Made by a program: the position numbers and the translations under genes
Assembly: GCF_009914755.1 (NCBI RefSeq)
Contig: NC_060947.1
Source: the human T2T-CHM13v2.0 reference genome, Homo sapiens
Length of the DNA stretch: 64,000 bases
Strand: one strand, 5' to 3'
Shown: positions 46,892 through 60,814 of the stretch, in pieces
Numbering within the stretch: position 1 is the first letter of the stretch
Layout: each line of letters opens with the position of its first letter
The notes under the pieces: model-generated
What the model was told of the DNA's origin: nothing
Seen by the model: only the letters and a program-made list of their open reading frames with translations
Databases searched by the model: none

Positions 46892-48979
46892 TCATTTTTA
46901 AGATGCTATTAGAAGGGCTCAGGAATACCAGCATTCCTATACATTGATGATACAAACTTTATAGCAGGCAATGTGTGTATTGGTACCTGACATATAGTAT
47001 TCCCTCAGTAAATATTTCTTCAATGAATGAATAATTTTGTTGCTGACATTAAAATAAATTTTCAGACATTTTGACAATGTGCCTTGGCACAATGCTCTGA
47101 ATTCATAAAAACTGCCACTGAATCTTACTATTGTTGGCTCCCAACCTTGTGGAAGTTTATAATGCCCTGCTATTGTTAGCTTGCTTTCATGCCATCTTTC
47201 CCCTTTCTTCGAAATGCTGTATGGCATATATATTTTTAATTAAAGTGCCTCATGTATAATTTTGTTTTGAGATATTTTCAAAAAAACTCATGGTGAACCT
47301 CAGGATAATTGTAGCCACCTTAGAGGGTTGCAGATTTTGGGCTGGGAAGCAGCCCATCTTGGCAGCCATCTGTGTGATGCTTTTCAATTGTTAGTTCTTC
47401 GCTAATTCTGTAATGTATTCTTCTCACAATGTGAACAGATCTTTTCTGTCAATAAGGAAAGCATAATTTTGTTAATGATAGGTAAGCACCTTATTATCTG
47501 TATTTGGCAGGCTTAGACATATTGCTGTCTTTTGGAGAAAAACAGCTGTTTCCAGATGTTATTAAAGCAGGCATTACCACTGACAAAGCTTTCTCACAAA
47601 GTATCTTACAACAGTTCTGTGTGCTGTCAGAGCTGCTTGTAACAAAAATTCTGTGGGAGTTAGGGCCCTGTACTTTCTAATTGCTAAGTGCTTTGATTAC
47701 AACCTCCTGCTCAGATATTACAGTGAGTGACATTTCCATCTATACACATGATTCCATCTATACAGATTTTCTTCTCTTATAATCACATGGCTTCAGTGTT
47801 ATGACACTTCTGATCTTTGTGAATACTTGCCCAGAATTCTGACACTTCCATTAGTAGCACACAGACAGTTTGGACCTGTTGGAAATTGACACAATGTATT
47901 TTGCTTATTCTGGAAGCATTAATTTTAATTTCTCTTTTGTGAATTTATGTATGTAAACGTAATCATCTGACTACATGGTTACCTTTTTTTGGCATTTCTC
48001 AATTATTTTGGCCCATTTCTCATCCAAAAGAATTATTATTATAGCAACTTCTCAGTACAAAAGATTAATTATTGTAGTAACTTCAGTGCTCTTTTTCCAC
48101 CAGATCAACAGTTACTTTGTATTTAATAAGCTTTTCAAGGCTTTTGTTGAACTTACTGATTTCGACTTCAGTCTTCTTTTTCATTTATTCTTTCAACACT
48201 AGAACCCACCAGGAAAAATTATTTAAAAGCTGGTAATAATTTAGATGACTTGTTTTTCCTTCTGACCTATCTAAAGAAGTCTCTTTTTGACTAAGTACTT
48301 AGCTTTCCATTCTGTCCCTATAACCTAGAATTCAACAAAACACTCACGATCCATGCAAACTATGAATTTGCTTTAAACTACACATTTACATACTACATTG
48401 TTAAACACAGGCTTTGAGAGAAAAAGCACACTGCAACTAGAGACTTATGATATTATCTTGAGAGCAATTATTAAAGATTTTTAAAAAGTAAACCAGTGAT
48501 ACTTCCATCTCTTGGGTTATTGTATTGCTATTAAGAAGAATGAGGTAGATTTTTATTCAAATGGAAAGATATCAAAAATATACTGTCGAGTAAAATTAGA
48601 AAATCACAAAACAATATATAATATGGTATAATTTATGTAGAAATATATATGTATGTGTATGTGTTCTTATGTATAATTCACATTTATGTATATGCATAGA
48701 AAAAGGTCTGGATGGATATAAGTCAAATTCTTTTCCTTGTTGCTAACCCTAAGAAAGGGGAAGTAAAATGGGCAGGGAAATGCATATGAAAACAGGTTTT
48801 TACTTTTCACTTTTTGTAAAATTTGAATTTTTCACAAGTATATATTACTTTTAAAAAACTAAAAGCCCCTTATGCCATTTGCTGTTATCATCCCCAGGCC
48901 TGAACTGTTAAATGAGCAAAAGAAATTCAGTGATAAGATCTCATTGGCCTTAAAAGAAGAAAATAAAAATAAAGTAACA

Positions 48980-49790
48980 ACAATAATAGTTGCCATTTGT
49001 CCAACAATTATCTTGAGTTAGATATTTCACAGGAATTATCTAATGCATGCCTTATAATAACCTTGAAAAGTAGGTTCTGTACCCGATTAGGTATGAAAAA
49101 ACTAAATCTCAGAGAGATTAATTCGTCAGAGGCCACATAGCTGGTCTCTTAGCCTGTTGAGGCTGCTATATCAAGAATACCCCAGATTGAGTGGCTTAAA
49201 CAACAAACATTTATTTCTCACAGTTTTGGAGACTGAGAAGTCCAAGATTGAGATTAGGGTGCCAATGTGCTCAGTGTGGTGCAGGCCTTCTTCCTGGTTT
49301 CCTCACATGGCAAACCCCATTACCTCCTAACCCCAGTTGCCCTCTCAAAGGTCTGACCTCCAAATACTACCACATTGGAGATTAGGGCCTCAACGTATGA
49401 ATTTTGAGGCAAACAAAGTTCAGTTCATTTGTGTTTTTATACCAAATTCAGCTGGTAAAAGCAGTTGGGCAGGAATTTCAACCTGGATTTATCTGGCTCT
49501 TAAACCTGTGTTGTTATTACTGAACAACATAGCCTAATTGGAAGTACATAAATGGAGTTTACGATGGTGTCAGGGACTGTTTTTAGTATTTTTATACTGT
49601 TCTTAGTACTTTTTGTATATAATAATTCATTTATTCCTCACAACAATTCTGAGTTAGGTATTATTATCATTATAGTTTTATCATCTTAATTTTTCAAAAT
49701 GAGGAAACTGAGATACATACACATTACTTGTCAAATGTGTAAGAGGCAGAGCAAGGATTTGAATGAACCCAGGCAGTCTTATCATACATG
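48980..49790 (-). mobile_element. Two MIR copies, the first split by an MLT1-type LTR (about 49145-49425)
   Basis: MIR core motifs (aaatctcagagagattaa, atgaggaaactgag); MLT motif gagtggcttaaacaacaaacatttatttctcacagttttggagactgagaagtccaagat. Confidence 0.7.
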
Positions 49791-50209
49791 CCACTGCATC
49801 TCTAGGGATCATGTATAAGAAAGTCCTGTATGTGTCTCCCATTTCGCATTCTCCCATCAAGGAGATTAAGGAAAAGATGACGTATACCGGTAGAACACAG
49901 ACTTAATCAAGCTAAATAAAGTCATGGCTCAAAGAAAGCCTGCCATCTTATGTTTTACAAATGAATTCTTAAGTATCTATACAATTCTCAGTAGGCTATC
50001 TTTCAAAAACACTTCCATCTGAAGTGAAATGTTCCCAGTTTGAAATCCAGAATAAGGTATAGGTCTGTCTCTTAAGGCATTCTCGCCCTGTTTTGAGAAT
50101 ATGAAACAGAAGAATTGTGCCATACCAGAAGAGAGAAAATAAAAGTGGGCCTGAGGTTTCCATCTTTGGTGAGGGGCTTCTAGTTTCAAATAAAGTTCAC
50201 CTTACTCTT

Positions 50210-52650
50210 CAACCTGATAAAAAGCACCTATAGAGACCCAACAGATAACATCATACTTAATGGTGAAAGACTAAAACTCTTCTGCTAAGATCAGAAACAA
50301 GAGGAGGATGTTCACTCACCCCACTTCTACCTAACACTGTACTGGAAGTTCTCAACAGGGCAATTAGGGAAGAAAAAGAAATAATAGGCCTCCAGTTTGG
50401 AAAGGAAGAATTCAAATGATCTCTATTTGAAGATAGCTTGATCTTATACATAGAAAACCCTAAAGAACCCACAAAATAACTATTAAAGTAAATAAAAGCA
50501 TTCAGCAATTTGCAGGAGAAATATACAAAAATCAGTTGTGCTTCTACACACTAGCAATGAACAATCTGAAAATAAAATTAAGAAAACGATTCCAGGCTGG
50601 GCATGGGGGCTCATGCCTGTAATCTCAGCACTTTGGGAGGGTGAGGTGGGAGGGTTGCTTGAGCCCAGGAGTTTCAGAACAGCCTGAGCAGCATAGTGAG
50701 ACCCCCGTCTCTACAAATAATAATAAAAAAAATTAGCTGGGCATGGTGGCACGCACCCTGTGATCCCAGCTACTCAGGAGGTTGAGGCAGGAGGTTCACT
50801 TGAGCCTGGCCAGTTGAGACTGCAGTGAGTCATGATTGCACCACTACATTCCAGCCTGGGCAACAGAGTGAGACCCTGTCTCAAAAAAGAAAAGAAAAGA
50901 AAAGAAAGGATTTCATTGCATCAAAAGAATAAAATAGGAATAAATGTATCCAAGAAAGTGTAAGAATGTACACTGAAAACTATGAAACGTTTTTGAAAGA
51001 AGTGGAAGAAAACATAAGTAAATGGAAAGAAATTCCATGTTCGTGGTGTGCAGGAGACAATATTGTTAAGACAGCAATACTACTCTAACTGATCTATAGA
51101 TTCAACACAATCCCTATCAAAATCTCAGTGGCTTCTTTGCAAAAAATGACATGATGATCTTAAAATTCATCTGGAAATGCAAGGGCTCCAGAATAGCCAA
51201 AACAATCTTAAAAAAGACATTAGTTGGAGGATGCACACTTCCCAATTTCAAAACTTACTAAAAAGCTACAACAATCAGTATGGTACTGACATAAGGATAG
51301 ACATATAGATCAGTGGAATAGAATGAAGGGTCCAGAGATAAACTCTTACATTTATGTTTGATAGATTTTCATCAAGGGCACCCAGACATTTCCACGAGGA
51401 AAACAGAGTATTTTTAACAAATAGTGCTGAGACAACTGCATCTTCACATGCAAAAGAATGAGGTTGTACCCCTTCCTCACACTATATACAAAAATTAACT
51501 CAAAATGGAGCAAAGATCCAAATGTAAGGGCTAAAATTATAGCACTATTAAAAGGAAACATAGATGTAAATCTTCATAGCTTTGAATTAGGCCATACTTT
51601 CTTAAATAGGACACCAAAAAACACAAGCAATAAGAGAAAAAAATGATAAACTGACTAAATCTTAATTAAAAACTTTAATGAATCAAAGGAAATGAAAAGA
51701 CAACCCAGAGAATAAGATGTGAAAGTGTTTGCAAACCATGTTTGATAAGTACTTGTATCCAGAATATATAATTCTTACACAACTCAATAAAAAAAGACAA
51801 CCCAATTTAAAAACAGGCAAGGCAAAAGATCTGAATGTATGTTTCTACAAAGAAGATACACAAATGGCCAATTAGCACAAGAAAAAGATGTTCAGCATAA
51901 TTGTTAGAGAAATGCAAACCCAAACCACCATGAGATACCCCTTCATACCCTCTAGGGTGGCTATAACTTTTTTTAAAAAGAGATAATAACAAATATTGGC
52001 AAAGATGAGGAGAAAATGGAACCTAAAGGGAATATTAAATGGTGCAGCCTCTGTGGAAGATTGTCTGGCATTTTCTCAAAAAGTTAAACATAGAGTTATT
52101 ATATGACCCATAAATTCTATTCCTAGGCATATACCCAAGAGAAATGAAAATACATGTTCACACAAAAACTTGGATATGAATGTTCATGGCTGCATTATAG
52201 CCAAAATGTGGAAACAACTCCAATATCCATCAACCCATGAATGGATAAACAAATGGTGGTATACCCATACAATGGAAATGAATGGAATACTGATACATTC
52301 TACAACATGTAATGAACCTTGAAAATACTATTCTAAATGAAAGAAACTAGTCACAAAACCCATCTATTGTATGAGTCTATGCATAAGAAATGTTTAGAAT
52401 AAGCATATCTATATTGGCAGGAAGTCATTTGGTGGTGCCCTAGGGGTGGGGTGGAGAGAGGGTTTGCCAGGTAATGGGAGTGACTACTGATGGGCATGGA
52501 GTTTCTTTGTGGGGTGCTGATAATGTTCTAAAATTAATTATGGTGATGTTTGCACAACTCTTTGAATATACTAAAAACCATTTAATTGAACACTTGGAAT
52601 GGAGAGAGTATATGGTATGTGAATTATTTCTCAATAAAGCCTCTTTAAAA
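50210..52650 (+). mobile_element. L1MB-like ORF2 3' half and 3' UTR with nested AluJ
   Basis: Degenerate ORF2 (LYPFLTLYTKINSKW) and L1MB-type 3' UTR (gggcatggagtttctttgtggggtgctgataatgttctaaaatt). Confidence 0.88.
50595..50905 (+). mobile_element. AluJ-like element
   Basis: Both arms, (AAAAG)n tail, decayed TSD aagaaaacgattcca / aagaaaggatttca. Confidence 0.92.
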
Positions 52651-52935
52651 ATTTCACCTTGAATTACTCATGCAGCTGCCAAGTGTGATTAGAAGCAGTG
52701 GAATAATTAATAAGCAGTTCCCCTAAGTCTTTCAGACAGATAACTGCCACATAAATTAATTCACCCAACAAATATTTATTGAACATGCACTATGTTAGCC
52801 ACTGGACCAAACAGAGAAGGTGGAAAAAAACTGCCACCATGAAGCTTACATTCTGGTAGAAATAATAACAAAAACTTATAGCATTCATTATTCACTTAGC
52901 ACAATGCCAGACATTGTTGTGAAACGTTTATATGT

Positions 52936-53676
52936 CTTCTGATTTAGTCTTGGTAGGTTGCATTTTTCTAGGAATTTATCCACTCGTTTTAGGTTATCCA
53001 ATTTGTTTGTGTATGGTTGTTCATAGTAGTATCTTATGATATTTTGTATTTCTGTGGTATTAGTTGTAATGTCTTCTCTTTCATTTCTGATCTTGTTTAT
53101 TTGAGTCTTCTCTCTGTTTTTCTTTGTTAGTCTGGCTAACAGTTTGTCAATTTTATCTTTTTAAAAAACCAACTTTCAGTTTTGTCAATGTTTTCTAAAT
53201 TTTTTTAGTCTCTATTTTGTTTATTTCTGCTTTAATCTTTGTTATTTCTTTCCTTCTGCTAAGTTTGGGCTTACTTTGATCTTCTTTTTCTAGTTCCTTG
53301 AGGTGTAATGTTTGTTTATTTAAGAGCTTTCTTCTATTATGATGCAGGCATTTATTGCTATAAACTTCCCTCCTACGACTACTTTTGCTGCATCCCATAA
53401 GTTTTGGAGTGTTATGTTTCCATTCTTGTTTATCTCAAGATATTTCAAAATTTCCTTTTGAAATTTCCTTCTTTGACTCATTGATTGTACAGGAACATAT
53501 TGTTTTGTTCAATTTCCACATATTTATGAGTTTTTCAAGGTTCTCCTGTTGTTGATTTCTACTTCCATGCCAATGTGGTCAGAAAAAATAATATAATTTC
53601 AATCTTAAATTTGTAAAGGCATGTTTTGTGGCCTAACATGATCTATCATGGAGAGTGTTCCATGTGTACTTGAGAA
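52936..53676 (-). mobile_element. Inverted 5' segment of an L1MA-like element
   Basis: Antisense ORF2 N-terminal/linker region (LHLKELEKEDQSKPKLSRRKEITKIKAEINKIETKK). Confidence 0.85.
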
Positions 53677-54171
53677 TGATAGAAAACCTTAAAGACTCTA
53701 CCAAAATCTGTTAGAACTGATGAACAAATTCAGTAAAGTTTCAGGTTACAAAATATGCAAAAATCAGCAGTGTTTCTATATACTAACAATGAACTATCTA
53801 AAAAAGAAATTAAGAAAATCCTATTTATAATTGCATCAAAAAATAAAATGTTTAGAAGTAACTTTAACCAAGTAGGTGAAAGATCTGTATAGTAAAAACT
53901 ATAAAATATTGATGAAATAAATTGAAGAAAACACAAATATATGGAAAGATATCCCATGCTCATGGATTGGAATAATTAGTACTATTAAAATTTCCATACC
54001 ACCCAAAGTGATCTACAGATTCAATGAAATTCCTGTCAAAATTCCAGTGTCATTTTTCACAGAAATAACAACCTAAAATTCATATGGAACCAGAAAAAAC
54101 TCTTAATGGCCGAAGCAACTTTGAGTAAGAAGAACAAGGGTGGAGGCATCACACTCCCTGATTTCAACATA

Positions 54172-54505
54172 CAGCGAGCCCTCTGTATCCATGGGTTTTG
54201 CACCTGTGGATTTGACCAACTGTGGATCAAAAATATTCCCAAAAAAGTGTCTGTACTTTACATGTACATACTTTTTTCTTGTTATTATTCCCTTTAAACA
54301 ATATAGTATAAGAACTCTTTACATAGCATTTACATTGTATTAGGTATTATAAATAATCTAGAGATGATTTAAAGTAGGCACGAGGATGTGCATAGGTTAT
54401 ATACAAATACTATTCCACTTTATATCAGGAACTTGAGCATTTGTGGATTTTATTATCTGTGGGACGTCTTGGAACCAATCACTTATGGATACCAAGAGAT
54501 AACTG
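54172..54505. mobile_element. MER2 (Tigger-derived MITE)
   Basis: Terminal inverted repeats cagcgagccctctgtatcc / ggataccaagagataactg with TA duplications at 54170-54171 and 54506-54507. Confidence 0.88.
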
Positions 54506-55096
54506 TATATTAAATAAAGCTATTATAATCAAAACAGCATGATACTTGCATAAAGACAGACATATTGACCAATGGAACATGACAGAAAGCCTAGAAGCAA
54601 ACCCAAGTATTTATGATAAATTGACTTTCAACAAAGGTGCCAAGACTATACAATAGGGAAAGGACAGTCTTTTCAATAAATGGTGTTGGGAAAACTGGAT
54701 ATCCACATGCAGAAGAATGAAACTAGACCCCTATCTCTCACCAATTCGAAATAAATAAACTTGAACATACGACCTGAAACTGTAAAACTACTAGAAGAAA
54801 ATAGGGAAAAAGATCCACAGCATTGGTCTGGACAATGATTTCTTGGCAACAAGAAAAAGCAGAGGCAACAAAAGCACAGACATAGGCGACAAAAGCAACA
54901 TTAGACAAATGAGATTGCATCAAACTAAAAAGCTTTTGCACAGCAGATGAAACAATTAATAGAGTGAAGGGACAGCTCACAGATTGGTAGAAAATACCGG
55001 GAAACATGTATCTGACAAGGGGCTAATATCCAAAATACATAAGGAAATCAGACAATTCAATCACAAGAAAACAACCTGATTAAAAAATGGGCAAGG

Positions 55097-55328
55097 CAGG
55101 AGTTCAAGACCAGCTTGGGCAATGAAGCAAGACCCCTGTCTCTACACAATTATTTTTTAATTAGCAGGATGTGGTGGTGCACACCTATAGTCCTAGCTAC
55201 TCAGGTTGGTGAGGTGGGAGGATCACCTGAGCCCAGAGGCTGGAGGTTGCAGTGAGCTGTAATTGTGCCACCACACTTCAGCCTGGGCAACAGAGCAAAA
55301 CCCTGTCTCTAAAGTTTTTAAAAATTTA
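55097..55328 (+). mobile_element. 5'-truncated AluJ-like element inside L1
   Basis: caggagttcaagaccagc start; aaaatgggcaagg / aacatgggcaaagg flanking duplication. Confidence 0.88.
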
Positions 55329-56033
55329 AAAACATGGGCAAAGGATTTGGATAGACATTTCTTAAGAGTTGTGAATTGCCAACAGATATGTGAAAAAAAA
55401 TGCTCAACATCTATACTCATCAGGGAAATGCAAAGTAAAACCACAATGAGGTATCATCTGTTAAAATGGCCATTATCAAAAAGATGAGTGATAAGTGTTG
55501 GTGAGAATATGGTGAAAAGAGAATCCTTGCACACTGTTGATTGGAAGGTGAATTCATATAACCATTTGGAAAACAGTATAAAGGTTCCTCAAAAAACTAA
55601 AAATAGAATTACCGTATGATACAGCAATGTCACTTCTGGGTATAAATCCAAAGGAATTGAGATCAGTATGTCAAAGAGATATCTGCACGCCCATGTTCAT
55701 TTTAGTATTATTCACAATAGTCAAGATGTGGAAGCAACCCAAATGTCCATCAACAGATGAATGGATAAAGAAAATGTAATACCTATACACGATGGAATAC
55801 TATATAGCCTTAAAAAATAAGAAAATTCTATCATTCAAAACAACATGGATGGAACTGGAAGATACTATGCTATGTGAAATAAGGCAAGCACAGAAAGATA
55901 AATATTGTGTGATCTCCTACGTGAAATCTTAAAAAGTGGATATCATAGAAACAAAGAACAGAAAGGTGGTTACCAGAGGTTAGTGGGGAGGAGGAGGGTT
56001 GGGGAAAGGGAAGATGTTGATCAAATTATATAA

Positions 56034-56374
<341 letters not shown>

Positions 56375-56634
56375 TAACTTTTAGTGATGTATTGCACTAC
56401 ATGGTAACCACAGTTAATAATAATATATTGTGTATTTCAAAATTGGTAAAAGAATAGCTTTTTAATGTTCTTACCACAAAATAATGATAAATTAGCGAGG
56501 TGATAGATATGTTCATTAGCTTGATTGAATCTTTCTATAATATACACATAGATCAAAACATCACATTGTACCATATATATATATACACACCTTATCATTT
56601 GTCAATTAAAAATAGTTTTGAAAGGAAAAAATAA

Positions 56635-56835
56635 TAATATTTTGTAAGTATTATCATATTTAATGTCCACATCCCTTATGACATATAATATTATTATCCT
56701 CATTTTACAGATGAGATAACTAAAGCTCAGAGAAGTGCAGTTACTTGCCTGAGGTTGCATAGTTAGCAAGAGAGCAGAAGGAAAATGGAATCACTTCTCC
56801 CTGATTTTCAAGTCTGTGTACCTAACTACTACATT
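56635..56835 (-). mobile_element. MIR (remainder of the copy whose other part lies at ~52865-52935)
   Basis: ttattatcctcattttacagatgagataactaaagctcagagaagtgcagttacttgcctgaggtt core. Confidence 0.82.
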
Positions 56836-58309
56836 ACAAATTTTGCATTCTTATATTAAAATATTGAAATGAGTAGCTCAATGAATTTAGCATCTATTTT
56901 TAAGCATTTTGAGAATTACTTTTCAAAATTCTTCATTTCTTTCTTCTTTCTTCAAACTAATTCATTAGTTTGAATTTTGCAAATAGAAAAATGAGAACTG
57001 AGTATGTATACATTAGCTTAGATCTATTAGTATAGATCACACATATACATGAAATTTAACACTCTATTTTTGAAAGATTTAAATGAAAATTTAATAACAT
57101 TTTTAGATAAATACATGGGAAAATCAAATATTTGGTGGTCCTCCAAAGTAACGTAGGTGTATCTAATATGTTTCACAGCAAGTGTTGAGTGATAGATATA
57201 CATAAAATCAGAAAAGAAAAAGTAACCACTTCATAAATCTTATAAATTGTGCCTTTTTACACTTTTTACTTTTTTAAAAGTATTTCAGCTTTTAATTTAT
57301 TTGATTAGAACCATTTGAGAGACTGTTTCCTTGATATGAAATGCAAGCACACTCATTAGTGATCATGGTCAAGACCAAATGGCCAGTTTCTGCCAGCAAA
57401 CGATTAACTTTGATGACAGATGTGTAAACCAAAAATAATTAAATTATTTGGTAATCATTCTTCCTTGCTGTAGGCTTTAAATAGTATTAGATCTTTGGGC
57501 ATGAAATATATTTAATCCAGTTGTTAGATATAGTTACATTTTCAAAGCTGGATGAATCTTGTATTCTCACTGAGTACAGTTCTCCAACTGATGTGTCAAG
57601 GATGATGCTTGTATAACTATAGGAGGGAAATCCTCTGTGATTAATGCATGCAGGAGAAAATACTATGCTCTTCCCTGTGGGTGCAGGGCATGTTTCTACA
57701 TACCCACATTGTGTGGGAAGCAGAGTGGTTATACTTGCCCTTCTTGGATTTTTTCTCAAGGCAAGACCCTGGCCTCATCCTCCAAATGCATGTTCCAGTC
57801 CCTCTCTCACATCAGGGGTGTTTACGAGACTGACTTGGATAACTTTTGCAAAATATACTTGCCTGGCCCTCTGTCTCCCCATTGGACATTTGTTTCATGA
57901 GGAGTATCATTTCTAGGGTAAAAGCAAGGATTTTGAAAAAAAATTCTTTGCCATTTTATCAGAAGAATTATATTTAATGAAATTAAAAATAAAAATAGGT
58001 GATTTTGATGTTCACCCTAGGCTAAGAGGACCACTGCTGTCTTTGAGGCATTTACAGACATATGGAAATCTGAAGCATACTTAGAGTTGCGGGTTCTTTC
58101 TCTGTAATTCTTTTAAACTGGGCATAAACCTCAAAGGGAGTGTAAAATGCAGAGTGTTGTCAACTTATCACACCAAGAATATTTTTTTGCACCTTTTTAG
58201 TTTGGAAGGGTCAAATTGAGATGACAGAGGAATAGTGGATAAGAGCTATAGTGCTATTAAATTACATTCTAGAGTTGGGAAAATCGAGACCCATAATCCT
58301 AGGAATTAT

Positions 58310-59510
58310 TAATGATAAGAGCTAACACTTTCTGAGTGCTTACCACATGCCAGGCCCTATACTGAATGCATCATGTCCATTTTCTCATTTGATCCTGACA
58401 ACCACCTGTGAGGCCTCATTTTGAAGACAAGCAAGCTGAGGCTCAGACCTTGGATTTGTCCAAGGTCACTCAGTTGGTCATTTACAGAGCCCTGATTCAA
58501 ACTCTCTTTTGCTTGATTACAAAGCCATTGCTCTAAAAGATTAGATTATACTGTCTGTATTTGCTTCTGGGAGCTTATGGAATTCACTCCTATCTGTTCT
58601 CACAAGGAACTCTATTGGGTTTTGAAAAAGGCTAAAGAATTGAAAAGAAACTTTGTAGGCTGGGAAACATAGTGTCCTTTGAGCAGTGAGATAGGCTAAG
58701 CTCAGAGGACTGGGCTCTGGAATGTGGAAAGGAGACGTGCCCACTGGAGAGCAAGTCAGAACTTTCGTGAGCCCTGCTCCAGGTCCCAGGAGAAAGTGCC
58801 AGCCATGAGGACTGGAGTATTGCCTGGTAAGGAGAAGATTATTATTTTATCTAACACGTTCTTCTATAACGCTCTATATGCTAGGCACTGGTCTGCACTG
58901 CTCTAAGTACTTTATAAGTATTAACTCCTTTACATCTTATAACACTTCCCTGGAAATAGGCATTATTATTGCCCCCATAATACATATGAGTAAACTGAAG
59001 TTCAGAGATGTTAAATAACTTGTTCAAGGTCACATAGCTGGTTAAGTGCCAGAGCCAGGCTTTGAACCTAGGCAGTCTGGATCTAGTGGCTGTGTTATAC
59101 TGCTTCGCAACAGAAACTTGATTTTTCTTTCTTCTGTGTTTATCATCCTTTCTCAATCACTCCTGGGCAAGTCTACTTTGCTAGCAAATTTCCCTTACCC
59201 CTTTGGCTTTTTTTTCACCCATGAACCCTCTAATGTTTTCTGCAGCTTCTTTGAGCTCATTCTTTATCTTCCACACTGCCTCTTTTGGCATTACTCATGA
59301 ACGACATGCTCTTTTCATCTGCCAAATATTTTTTCCATAAATTATCCCATCTCAACTTGGGAAGTCACAATGGGAAGTATTGTTCCTATTTTGTGAATGA
59401 GGCAACTAAGGCAAGCAACTTTCCTGAAGTCTCACACAACCATCTAGTGGCAAAGTGCACTAGAATCCAGATTCTCTGATTCTGAATCTAATGTTCTTGT
59501 CCATTGCACC
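58310..59510 (-). mobile_element. Three MIR copies (about 58310-58535, 58860-59100, 59365-59510)
   Basis: Repeated MIR core motifs (gctgaggctcaga, aaactgaagttcagagatgttaaataacttgttcaaggtcacatagct). Confidence 0.75.
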
Positions 59511-60199
59511 ATCTGATGGAATTTAACTATCTATTCATTAATTAATTTATTCATTAATATTGTAAAAATATACTGAGTGTCTTACTGTATGGTAAGGCCC
59601 TGGGTGCAAAAGTCGGTATAAAAATTGTTGCTCTTAAGCAACAGACAACACAGAGAGATAAGGTCTCACCATAAAAAGTTAAATAGCAGCACATATACTA
59701 AGTGCCAAATGAGTGGTCTGGTCACATCATACAAGAATTTTGAGGTTGGATATGTAGCATCAAAGACTGCTTTATCAGAAAGGTGAGACTTGAACTTGGC
59801 ATAGAAGGGTACTTAGAACTTAGAGAAGAGAATGGAGCAGCACTTTCCAAACTCTGGGAATGGTGTGCATTAAAGCAGTCCTTCACAACCTTTATTGTGT
59901 CATGGCATGCAGAGAAAAGCATAGTATTTGTAAAGCACACTAGGCTGAATGGAGGAAGCAGTTTGACATCTAGAGGCAAGCATTCTAGGAGTTTCAACAG
60001 CACTGTCTCTGGGCTCAGTTGAGGACAGAGAAGAAATCTCATAGCCTCAGACACTTGTAATATGTTTGGGAAGGTCTGCACTAGGTATTGGGGGCACACT
60101 GTGGTCATGGTGGGTCTAAAGACCACTGACAAGCCCACAGGGATGAAATGAGGGGAATTTCCAGAGAAGCCATAGTAGATACCATTGGAAAGAAAAGTT

Positions 60200-60800
60200 A
60201 TGGGCAAATGATGAAGGGCTTTTGAATTTTATTCTGTGGACCTACAGAATAGGTAGGCAAAATATGCATAGCACTGTTTTAGAAAGATTCCACTGGTTTT
60301 CATATGGGAGATTAACTAGAGGGAAGAAGAGTAGTCAAGAGGCTATTACCATTGTCCAGGTGGGAGGTGATGTTATCTTGAACTAGATTGATAGTAATAG
60401 AGACAGAGAATGGTGGACAGAATTGAGTTATATTTTGGAGGTAAAAATGTCAGGGTTTGGTAATAGAATTGCATAATGGAGAGTAGAAGAAAGGGAGGTG
60501 ACAAGGAGGATTTCAAATTTTCAAGTTTAAGCAAATGCTTATGAATAGTGATGCCATTCTTTAAGATAGAGAGCCCAGGAGAAGTAGAAAGATTTTTTTG
60601 GAGGGGAAGGACAAATGAGATGATGAGTTTCAAGTTGACATTTGGAGGCAAGGAAACCAGTTAGGAGGCTATTGTAAAAGCCAAGTAAGACAAGGTGAGA
60701 TCCTGGACTACAATGGTAGCAGTGGGAATGGAAGGAAAATGGTGAATTGAGAGACATTATACAGGAAGAATTGATAGGATTTTGTCACGGACTGACTTCT
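60200..60800 (-). mobile_element. L2 fragments
   Basis: Purine-rich antisense L2 (ttttagaaagattccactgg, agaggctattaccattgtccaggtgggaggtgatg). Confidence 0.7.
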
Positions 60801-60814
60801 GGAGTTGAAAGGTA

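Noticed and set aside
57487-57916. Four overlapping ORFs in apparently unique sequence
   Set aside because: No recognisable protein, TSD or exon signals; cannot support coding or retrocopy status
59722-60207. 161-aa minus-strand ORF
   Set aside because: Non-ATG start, no homology recognised, flanked by L2/MIR debris
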